Shown piece by piece: positions 46,801 through 58,800 of a DNA stretch of 64,000 nt (positions are counted from its first letter, which is position 1; every line of letters starts with the position of its first letter). The DNA lies in NCBI RefSeq assembly GCF_037042905.1, contig NC_087251.1, positions 17,424,001-17,488,000 of the forward strand, in the 5' to 3' direction. This DNA comes from Lytechinus pictus. Taxonomy: Eukaryota. Under the pieces are notes generated by a model, which saw nothing but the letters and a program-made list of their open reading frames with translations, searched no databases and was not told where the DNA came from. Both the position numbers and the translations under genes were made by a program.

Positions 46801-49800
46801 CCAAAGTTCTTTGACCTTACATGACCTTTGACCTTGATCATGTGACCTGAAACTCGCACAGGATGTTCAGTGATACTTGATTACTATTATGTCCAAGTTT
46901 TATGAACTAGACCAACACACTTTCAAATTTATGGCTGTAATTCAACAAATACCCCAATTTGGCCAAAGTTCATTGACCCTAAATGACCTTTGACCTTGAT
47001 CATGTGACCTGAAACTTGCACAGGATGTTCAGTAATACTTGATTACTATTATGTCCAAGTTTCATGAATCAGATCCATAAACTTTCAAAGTTATGATGGT
47101 AATTCAACAGATACCCCCAATTCGGCCAAAGTTCATTGACCCTAAATGACCTTTGACCTTGGTCATGTGACGTGAAACTCATGCAGGATGTTCAGTGATA
47201 CTTGATTAACCTTATGTATAAGTTTCATGAACTAGGTCCATATATTTTCTAAGTTATGATGACATTTCAAAAACTTAACCTTAGGTTAAGATTTTGATGT
47301 TGATTCCCCCAACATGGTCTAAGTTCATTGACCCTAAATGACCTTTGACCTTGGTCATGTGACATGAAACTCAGGCAGGATGTTCAGTAATACTTGATTA
47401 ACCTTATGGCCAAGTTTCATGAACTAGGTCCATATACTTTCTAAGTTATGCTGTCATTTCAAAAACTTAACCTCAGGTTAAGATTTGGTGTTGACGCCGC
47501 CGTCGCCGTCGGAAAAGCGGCGCCTATAGTCTCACTCTGCTATGCAGGTGAGACAAAAAAAACGATGCCTTGACTTAGCTCAATTTGTTTGGTTCTGATA
47601 AAAAGAGGGTTTTTTGATCCATTAATACTGTTTCCCCTGACCCATGTAAACTCTGCAAATAAAAGCAAATCTTAACAGCATTTTCGTCCTAAATATTTCA
47701 ATTCATAAATCAATGTCCCAGATTAATTCACCCAACAAATGACAATAATGAATTTTTCAGTGAATTTCATTGAAATAAATATCCTATTACAACTGCTCTA
47801 CAGGTATATATTAATGCACTCAACTATACTTCATAAACTCAACTACATATGGATCATGCAATCCTTACACACTAAAAAATAGAAAGTATAAGTGAATGTG
47901 CAATAATAAATTTAAATGGCCATCTTCACTAACCTCAGAATAAACCACATTTGATCCCGTCTCCTGGTCGTAACCAACAGCTCTGCCTGTAACCCTGGTA
48001 TGACCAAGATTCAAAGCATGTAAGATACCACTGCTATTGATCTTAGCAATGTTTGAGCTCTGTACTACGTACTCAATCTGGCTCTGGGGCTGGGGTCCTC
48101 CAGTACTCCTCACCTTTAGGATAAATCAAACAAGAATTTTGAGAATGATGTAACATCTTGTAAACTACAGTTTTTAATCATTTGAAAAAAACATGCCATA
48201 TGAGCTGATAAGATAAATTGAATATCTACAGTTTAAGCTTTCTGTCACATGTGGCTTTCCATAGTTAAATCAGTAGGTGAACTAAACCAGATTTAAGAAT
48301 ATTAGCTAACGTAGTCAAATCTCATCATCAAAATAATATGAAACTATTATAAAGATTTAAATCAATGAAGTATCAATTTGAATTATTGTTTGTAGATTAT
48401 CATTTTATGTATGAACAGTAGATTAAAGTATTTTAAAGTAGTGTAGCTAAACCTATTTTTATGAATGTAAAGCGTATGGAAAGTTTGTTCAGTTCTAAAA
48501 GTGTGTTCATTCTACATCCAAATTTTATCTTAGAAAGTACTTACTTGGAATAATGATGTAACAATAAGTGTGATGTTCCTTGGTGTCAACTTGAGAGGGG
48601 GAAACACCTACAACAGAAAACAAATGAAGGGATCCAGATAATTTGTAACATCAATGAAAAACAATGGCAATAATATCAAGCAATATCTACAAAGGTATAT
48701 ACTAAAAAATGAAAAACATGGTAAAAAGTATAAGAATCATTTAAAATATAAATGGTCATTAAAAAAATCAAATAAAAACGAATTAAAATCTCTTCATGGT
48801 CAATGAAGAATTGACTTGTTCAGGCATAGCGCAAAAAATATCACTAACATTTCTTTCAGTGTGTCTTTCCAACATTCTCCAATAGAGCAATGTATGTCAA
48901 ATTTCCTGAAGCATGCTTGAAAAATGAGGGAGACCTTTTGATTCAGACACGTTGCAATGAACTGCAGACCCAAAGACCAAGTGAGTCTTGCCATTCAAAT
49001 TTCGTCTGGCAAGAATATGAAAAAATCAATATTTTCTTCAAAAGCGTTTCATGAAGAAAAGTTACTGACAAATGCGCTGTGAGCCAATCAGATGAAAGGA
49101 TTTCAGTAGCTTATAACGATTGTCAGTGAAAATAAATATCTGTTTCACGTAATGCTTCCCTCACCTGTATATCCCTGAGTTTACTTGAAACGGTATGGCC
49201 ACTCTTAGACATGGCGGTGAAGGCAAGGGTTGTAAAACCAATACTAGCTCCATTTACTGTGTAGTAGGCCGTGTGTTGGTCTCTACCAGAGCTGTCCATG
49301 TCAGGTCTAAAAGATAAGAGATATGATATCACAAATTTAGAGCATAATGACTAGATATTCTATTCAGCAACCATACTAAGTCAAATAAAACGCAGCCACT
49401 CTCCTGGAAAAGTGTTTCATCAGCATTTGCCATCTGATAAATTTTCAAATCTGCGACTTTTTTTTTTGACTGGCTGAGATGTACAGGTATCTGATTGTTG
49501 CTATAGCTGACAAAAACTTGTCAATGTTGAAACTTGCATCAGATGGTCCCACATTCAACTTTCTTTTTTAAATAACAAGGTTTTTCCATTGAATCACATT
49601 CAAAACATACTCTCCACTCCATAAGTCTTTCAAACATGGGCACGTGTTTGGACTGAATTTGTACATCATCCGTAATAAATTTAAAATAAATCAAAACAGT
49701 CAACAAGAAGCAACATATCAGAATGGTTAAGTCAGGGTTATTATGCTGTATTACTGTAAGAGCGTTAAGGTTCTTTGGATGACACAAATGTAATGCTACA

Positions 49801-52800
49801 TATGCAAGTATACTTATTGCCATTATAACCGACATACCTAAGGGTGATGATGTTGGAACCTGGCACTGGTTCAAGCCTCATGAGAGGAAAGTAGGATACA
49901 GATAGAGGCTGGTCTGTGGAGTCTAGGACCTGGACTGCCGCTCGGATCTCATGATCAACTTGGACCTGGCAAAAAAAAAAATATTCATTGTATTCTGCAA
50001 ATAATAATTATTGTTATTTCAAATGGAAAAATAAGCAAACTAGAGCACAACTTCTCTCTTTTACCTCCCCATCTACCCTCTCCCCCTTCTCTTAACCTCT
50101 TTTATCTCTCGCTCTCACATCCTATCCTCAATCCTCCTCTCCCTCGCTTGCATAGCTATTATTTCATTAACATTAAAGCAAACAAGTTATCCAATAGTGG
50201 TTAGTGGCCAATGGTCAACTCCTATTATTCCAACTACTACTACCTTCTTCAAAAATATTTTAAATAACTTTATTCATAAGACAAACAAGTTAATGAGATG
50301 ATGTGGAAGAGGTTCATGTGGTGATGGATGGAGTAGAAGAAATAATCAATTGTCTCACAATGGATCAAAGTTCATGAGATTTTCAGTTGGGGCTCTCTTT
50401 TTTTCAAGGGATTTTTGCTTTTACTACTTATATCTTTCCCTTTGATTATTGTGCACTATATGGAAATATCCATGATGATTACCTTGTCAACAACCTTGAG
50501 GTCAATGGTGTGTACACCAGCCATGTGTATCTGTGCTGTAGCATGTTGGTTAGTGGCAATGCAAAGATCGTAGGCAGTGATGACCAGAGTCCCGTCGCGT
50601 AAGGGGATAACCTGAATACAATACAAGGAAAAAGAGGATATACTGCCAGACCTTGATGACATGTCAATAGCAATTTTTCCTTGCAAAACCTGTCCGTAAA
50701 GACCACTTTCTCCTGACCCATGTGCAGTCTCTATACACAGGTTCTAATGTACCGTCAGATTCACCAACTGAACAAATTAGTACAATAATAAGAGTAGATT
50801 TGTAAATACAGTATAGACAGTGACTTTTAGATATATACAGATATCGATAGTTCACATTATTATGTATCTGATTACATAATTCTATTATCTTCTGTTCAAT
50901 TGTCATACCTGACTTTGAGTCACAATCATTATCTAACATGAAAACTTGTAATTAATTTACACAACAATCCTTGCTTGATATTAAAATCACAGCAGCAAAG
51001 AAAAATGTCATATCTAGAAACATTGAAGAGTTTCACAGAGGGACAGGGTTATTTCATACCTCAATCTGTTTTTTCTTCTCATCATATCTCATCTCTGCCA
51101 GACCAGCGATGTTAGGACGGATTAAGAAGTGACCAGAACCTCCTTGAAGATTCAACGATGCCTTAAGAATAAAGGAAACAGTATTTATGCTAAAAAATAA
51201 TAAAGGGTATTAACACATTATCAAGAGTATTAAAGTATCAATGGATAATTAATATTAATAAGTTACATAAACAGATAAAACTCCCTTTATATGAATCATT
51301 TCTTACTGCTATTTGACGGATAAAATTGAAGGAACAACCATGGTATTTAACTAAGTTTTCTGTATCATAGCATATTAATATCTACAAATGACAATGTAAA
51401 TTTACCACATACACAGGTATGATGGAATAATACAAGTAAAGGGTGAAAAATTAATGAATGAATGGAAGTAGCAATCTTTTTAAAAGTTTGACTTACTTTA
51501 TTTGATGGATGATTGAATAGAGAGAGTCTGTTTGGATCAATAGTAGCTTCCATTACCAGACCTAACTCAAGCGATGCACTCACACTGGGTACTTGACTCT
51601 GAAGAGAAGAAAAATATACAAATTGAAAGGTTCAACGTCAACTGTATTACTTGTCAACCATAATGCCTTTATTTATTTTAATCTACTACAGCAGCTCAAG
51701 ACAGGTTTTATAGAAATAAATGGAAAGAATAAAGTCAAGGATAATCATCAGCAGCAGCAACATCACTATTTTAAAAGAAAACCAATTCTGCCAAAAGTAA
51801 ATTGAAAACAGTAATCAAGGATCTATCACACTTTATTTCATTAGACATTTAATGATGGGATTCAGGTTATAAACAATCTGATATAAGTTCAGTTCCAGCT
51901 AGTTCAACAAATTCACTTGTAGAGCTAAGAAGGTCAAAGTTATGTCTTTACCCAGAAGTAAAGCCCCATAACATTTGGTATTTTATAATCAACAAAATTG
52001 CAAAAGAGCAAAGCATAAAATTTTTGTTGTGATACTTACCGGGATTGCAATAGCATGTCTTCTAAACAGCACATTATCATAAGCAGTGGTGGTTGCTGTC
52101 AATGTTACAGATCCTTGACGATGCTTCAATGTTGTAACTTCAAAGGCTGTATATTGAAACAGAATAAGTTCATATCAACATATATGAGCATATAACAAAC
52201 TGCTAAAGCATTTTGCAATAGAATATGAACGGAAATATAATCAGCAACATCCAAAATACTGACCCCTTCAAAAGAGCAGCTCGACAAACATTCATAAAGC
52301 AACACATAAGGATTTGTTCTCTAAAGGTTTTCTTTTCTAAAGCAAGGCACCCACTCAATTCAACACTTCTTCATGCCCCACAAACAAATATGACTATATA
52401 TTATTCACTGCATTGCCAGGTTAAATAGTTTGATGATTAGTTACAATCAGACTGCTCTAATTCAATAATACCAGATGATTAGAAATGAGCTCAAATTATT
52501 TAGTGAAGCACTGCACAGTATTTACTAGACCGACAGATACTGGAAATACTGTCAATAAACATCTAGAAGTATCACCACAATGTACAGATAGTTTCTCACC
52601 TCTAAGTGACCTTGATCCTGGGAATGCCCCATCCTCATCGCTGTACGATGTCTGTGGTTTGTAGTAGGACGCTAGGTTATGATCCGTGCTGGTCCATGAT
52701 ACAACCAATGAAGAAAAGTTATGAAAGAGCCTTCCATGGCTGTCAACGGCATTCACCAGAATCTCTACATCTTGTCCATTCATGACAGGAATCTGATAAA

Positions 52801-55800
52801 AACATGGGAGAGTAAAATCTGTGGTTTGTAGTATGATGCTAGGTTATGATCCGCGCTGGTCCATGATAAAACCAATGAAGAAAAATTTACGACAGAGCCT
52901 TCCATAGCTGTTAATGGCATAATAATAATAAATACAGCAATTTTAATGAAAACCATCAGGTTTATGCTTTTATGTCCAAATTTCTGCAATGGTACTATTC
53001 TTTAAAATTCAACCAGATCTTCAAACTCTGGCAGAGATACTTTCATGCATTTCATGACTGGACAACCTTGTACAATTTCACTTCCTAATATACCTATACA
53101 AATTATTGTATGAAAGTGCAATAAAATTGAAAAAAATATATATATTCAAATTTCCTTCTGAAGCAGTATCAGAAATAGCACATATGGATCAATATAAACA
53201 TAATTGCTATAAAAGAGATCAAACATAATCACATTTAGGATTAATAATTCAAATCTTACCTGGTTGTTTGAGTCTAGAGCAATAGGACAGGGTACCTCTA
53301 GATCTGGCTGCTGTACTACTGGTATGAGCTGAAGACTTACAGGCTGGGAACATAAATATCTATTAAGAGTCAAATTTGAGATAGATACAAAATGAATATC
53401 ATGTAAAGGTCAATTTACTCAATCATTTTCATGGCAAATTATATTTTGTGTTGGCAACCCCATTGGAGATGAATAGGGGCTCTTTTGAATTTATGATGAC
53501 TATTTTTCATATTTTATAATCAGAAAAAAAATCAAAAGGCTAGAAGTTCAAGGCTGGTTGACTGCAAAGTATAATTTAGTTTAAATTGTAAGGAATGAGG
53601 TAATCCATTATTGATTTCTGTATAAACATGAAACTGAGCCTTGCTCAGTGAGCATAAGTCCTTGGGTAAGACAAATACCCACTTTTCTGTAAAGGTATGT
53701 ACGTCTGACCTTCCTAATTTGAAAATTAGTTATGCTCTCAAATATTTATGGACCTAGTGGTTCATGAAGTAAATTAAGAAAAAGATAAAATATTGAGGTT
53801 GAAAGTACAATAAGGTTGATTATTTTATGGAACTGCCAATTTACTGAGCTATTTTCCACATCTTACCTGACTGTAGCTGTTGATCTTGCAGGGAACTTAT
53901 TACGAGCAGTGGGATCATTACCCACATTGACCGTCAGCGTCTGCTCTCCAAGGTGACGACACAATACTTGGAAAATGTGATAGTTCTCTGCACAAGGAAA
54001 AAGATATTTCAAAGCAAACTTCATAAATACTGAACTGGACAAAAAGAGCCTTGAATGTCTTGAATTTTGTCATGATATCAAAAGGTTCCAAAAATATGAT
54101 TTTCTCTCATTCTTGTCTACCCACTTATTTTCAATTCCAGAGCACTAAGAGATTCATTGAAATTTGTTCCATGTGAACAAGGATTATTATCATCATTATT
54201 AATATTTTGGGGCTTTGTAGTATAAAGTTACAATTACTTTGCCATGCATTGGTAACTAATATGAAAACAAAGCTCAACAGCCAATCAAAGACAGGATTCC
54301 ATCATCGTCGTCATTGTCATCACCATCACCACCACCACCATCTCCATCACCATCATCATCATGTTAGACTACTTACTTGTGGCACCATACCCTCTGACAT
54401 GGGTAGATTTGACCCAGTCCTGTTCCTCTGCCTCAAGGTTCTGGTAGTAACGTGATGGGTCCAGGACCCAAGGCTGTGGTCCTCCTGTCAAGACCAGGGT
54501 CTTAGACGCAGCTAAGGTAACAATGGCAACGCTATCTGGATCCAGCGGCTGGAACAAGAACAATCAAATATGTGTCATTTATATCAAAATATTTTGTGCA
54601 CTTTTGCTTTATTTTTATTACAATTAATTCTGAATTACACTTTGTTTTGAAACAAGCAGCAATTTATGAGGGCTACAGAGGGGGGGGGGGGGTATGGGGG
54701 AATATGGGGAATATGGGGATTCCCCTGAAATGTGATATCCTGTAGGATGTACTTACTTGCAGGGGTGCAAAGGCGGCGATGGTGACGGATGCCTGCAGCT
54801 TCACCCCTCCTTGTTGAAGGGTCACACTCACTTGGGTGTGACCTACAGACATGGCCTTCACGTGAAGAGTGGTACAGGAGTCAGCAACTACATCAAACTT
54901 CTCACCAGCTGTCAATGTAGAAGAGGAAATAACCAAGAAGATTCATCAAGTTCATGAAACTATTATTGTGATGTTGTTGTTATTGTTAATAATGGTGTTG
55001 TCATTTTAGTCATTGTTATTTTTCCACTGTTATTGTTGCAAAAAGAAATAAACCTGAACTGATGATTGCAAAACCTCTTACAAGTAAATCAATCAATACT
55101 ATTTAAAAAATCAAAATGTAAATATGCAAAACCCAATATACATATATCACTGGCATATAGCTTGATCAATGAGTGGATGACGAACATGACAAACATTGTT
55201 TACCAAATAATTAATAAAATTGTATTCTTAATCCTGAGTGACCTTTGAAATTGTTTTAAAAACAAACAAAAAATCTTACGTTCAGTTTTCTGGAAGATGC
55301 TTTGATCAGCAACATCAGTGACAAGAGGAAGAGATCCGCAGTGAGTCAGCATCACTCTTTCTTTTCCTAAAGATAGAAAAATCATGAAACAGATAAAATA
55401 AACTTTAAAAAATATTCATAATGAAACTGATACTTGTGTGGGGGAATCACTTTACACCTGACAACACCAAACATGAAAATCTACAGGCTTTAACAGGTTA
55501 CAGATGACACATTAAACTCATGCCTTTGTGTTTAATTCAAATATGAAAGGGAAAAGATTCAAACCTGAAGATTCTGAAAAGCATAGCTCAAAGCAGAAGC
55601 CTGATTTTAAGACAGACAGAAGGCTACTCACCGGCTTCATAGTAAGCCTCCATAGCAAGTGGCAGATGAAGAATTGAGCCTACTTCAGCCTCAACACGGG
55701 AATCAAGGAAGATCATCTTAGAAGGTGGCAACAAATAAACCTATAAATACCATAACAAATACAAAAAGATTAATAAAATGGTCAAAAAATTCCATGTACA

Positions 55801-58800
55801 GGTGAATCTGCCTTGGTCAAATCTCTCCAACTCAAAATTTTTTAAAACACATTTTTCACATTTTCTTTAATTTTTAGTAAAAAAATACTGAAATTGAATT
55901 GCTGATTCTTACCCTACTGAGTCCGAAATGTGCTGGATTCCTGTTATCTGCAGCCGTGACATTGGTCATTCCTGGAGTGTCTCCTGTTGTCACAAGTCCA
56001 TGAACGTTCACCGTTCCTGTAATGCGCTTGGATGATGACCAAACATAGCTCCCTGTACCACCAGTTGCCTACAATATAAAGAGGGCAGAGTAAAAGATTA
56101 CAAGAGACCATAACCTTGGGGGATACAGTTCTAATGAAGAGTAAAGATACAGAGTATCATTTTCAGAAAAGTTCCATCCAATTCCGTTAATAGGAAATTA
56201 TCATAAGTCTCAATCATCTTCAAACAGCCGACCCCATATTGTCAATGTTGCTTTTAAAATAAGTAGGCTTTGAGAAACTCTTCATGCTTTATTATTTTAT
56301 GCTTCCATAAAGATTGTTTAAATTCCCAGATGTGTAAGGTATATAATACATTAGCAAATTGTCATATCTTGTTCAAAGGACACATGTCACTGCATAATCA
56401 TCAATAAGGTTATGTGTTAAAACCGATGTGTACTTCTTATTATGCATAACTCTTTCTGTTCTAAGATAATATTAAATCCTGGGACTCTTTGATAGGCAAC
56501 TATAACTATCACCATTGACCATACATTATTCATGGAATGACTCTTCACTGACTAACCTTGAGTGGGTATTGGTAGCCTGGTTGACCAGGTTGGTAGGCAA
56601 AGGCAATGTATTCTGGTCTGACTAAGATAGGGTCAAAGATCTCAGCCTCCTGTGATTCTTTGATGGGTACTTCAAACTCTGCTCGCTCACCATCCTAAAA
56701 AAAGAGCATTTAGTTCACATTCTTGGTTTTCATGTAATATCTCTTCGACAATAATTCACATGAAGGCATAATGCCTTCAAATCATCAAGGCTTATCATTC
56801 AAAATGTAAAATAGATATGGAGCAAAAATGGGCATTGGATCTTAGGTCATACGAAAAGCTTCATCATTAAATGAAATTACCAGGAAATGATTTACAAATA
56901 TGAACATTTTGGATTGCAATATTGCTCATTGAAACCTCATGTGTAAACTTACTAAGAAAACAAATTTCCAATGGTTACGAATTTACCATCAATACAAGAG
57001 CTTATGCAACGGGCAATGTTTTTTTTTTTTAAAGCCTGATGGATTCAAAGACTGTGATTATAGACAATTATGTGCAATCAAACATACATCAATCATACAA
57101 TTTATTGATAAACTTAATTCAACAGGTCCCTGTATTGTTTGGTACTTACAGGTTTAATCATTGCCACAAGAGCAGCATCAATCTCTGTGATACCACTCTG
57201 TAAGGTCTTCACGAAATGGTATGAACCGTTCTCACTGGATCGAATCACTTGGAAGTACGCCTCCGGGAATATGGTATCGATGCGGATGTTCTGTACATGA
57301 TTGATAAGAACAAAGAAAATTACCACGATGCTACTTCCCAAATGATTATACATGAACACATAAGTGTTGGTATATCCTGTTATTATGCCACGTATGGATC
57401 ACCACACATCTAAGTGATATAACTGGATATAAGAGGCGTGAAGAACACATCTATGGAAATTCACCGAGTACAAGGGTCTATTTGTTATATAATTTTCTGG
57501 GTGTTGTGGATGATTCTAGATTATTAATAAAGTCTTCCTGTGTGTGCAATATGAAAACAAAATGAAATAAAATGGAAAATTGCCAACAATAGGTGTATCA
57601 GATTCCTGTAATGCTGTCCTATGAAATGTATATAAGAAATCACATCCTGTTACCACAGAGCTCCCAAGTTGTATTTTGCATTTTCAGTATTCTTATCCCC
57701 AAAAATTAGTATTTTGACAAAAAATCAGTATTTTTACCGTGCGAGATAAATATTTTGTATTTTTCCCCTAAAAAGTGTATTTCATAATAAAATGCTTGGC
57801 GCACTAACCCATCACGGCGCTCAAGCTGCATGCAAGCTAAAATGCGCACTGCTCTTGCAGATGAAAAAAAAAACCCATTGAAACTTGTGTATATCTCACC
57901 CTGGTTTTTACAAAATGATTGAAAAAAAAACCAAGTTACCTGAAATTACATTGATATAATAACCATATTTGTGTACATTTTAAGAAATAGAGACATATAG
58001 AGATGATTTTTCTCAATAAATTACGATTTTGTAAAAAATATATATATATATATTTTTTTTTTTTACAGAAAACATATTTTTAAAAGAAAAAACCTACTGC
58101 CGTATTTTGGTTGCAAAAATGTACTAAATACGGCTAAAACGTACTGGTTGGCAGGTCTGTTACCAGCGTTAAGAATCAAATATTGATATTGCATTATATC
58201 AATTTAAAGAGTGTGATCATCATTGTTGAGCACAATACTCCCAACCATAAAAGAATCAAATAAGAATTACACCACTCCCTTACAATGCACAAAAAATAGC
58301 AATGGGAGCATGTAGGAAATGACTTTCCATTTATTTTCAACTGCAGATATCTAGCTGACAAATTTTATAAAATATGTACCACATAACGCCAAATAAAAAC
58401 TAATGAAAAAGCTTACGCTCTATTGAACAAAGACAAATCAGAGAATCACACTCACAGGTATGTCTGACGGGAACATCTTGTTGCTCTCTCTATCATAGAC
58501 ATCGATCGTTATTTCATAATAATGGCCAGTCTCCAAGACCCAATTTCCACCAGGCACTATCACAAATCCTGTAAATAAATAGTGATTGGAATTTCATGAA
58601 CAATCCTAATGCTACATTAATGTTCTTTGTGCAAAGCACTTGTCTAAATTTGCCACTCCCCATTGACATGCACATGGGTACAGCCAGGGAAGGAATTCAT
58701 TGTACATTGTAAGCAATGTGATAACAAACAATGATCCAAAACAATATAATCACTTCTTGAGGCAAGACTGTAATCTTTATTTGCCACTATGTGCAATTCA

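Noticed and set aside
46690..47480. Regularly spaced repeats resembling a CRISPR array
   Set aside because: Whole 163-bp units are homologous with no unique spacers, no cas genes are present, and the context is a eukaryotic intron.
54207..54455. His-rich ORF
   Set aside because: It is the translation of a CAT/CAC microsatellite, antisense to a NUP210 exon and intron.
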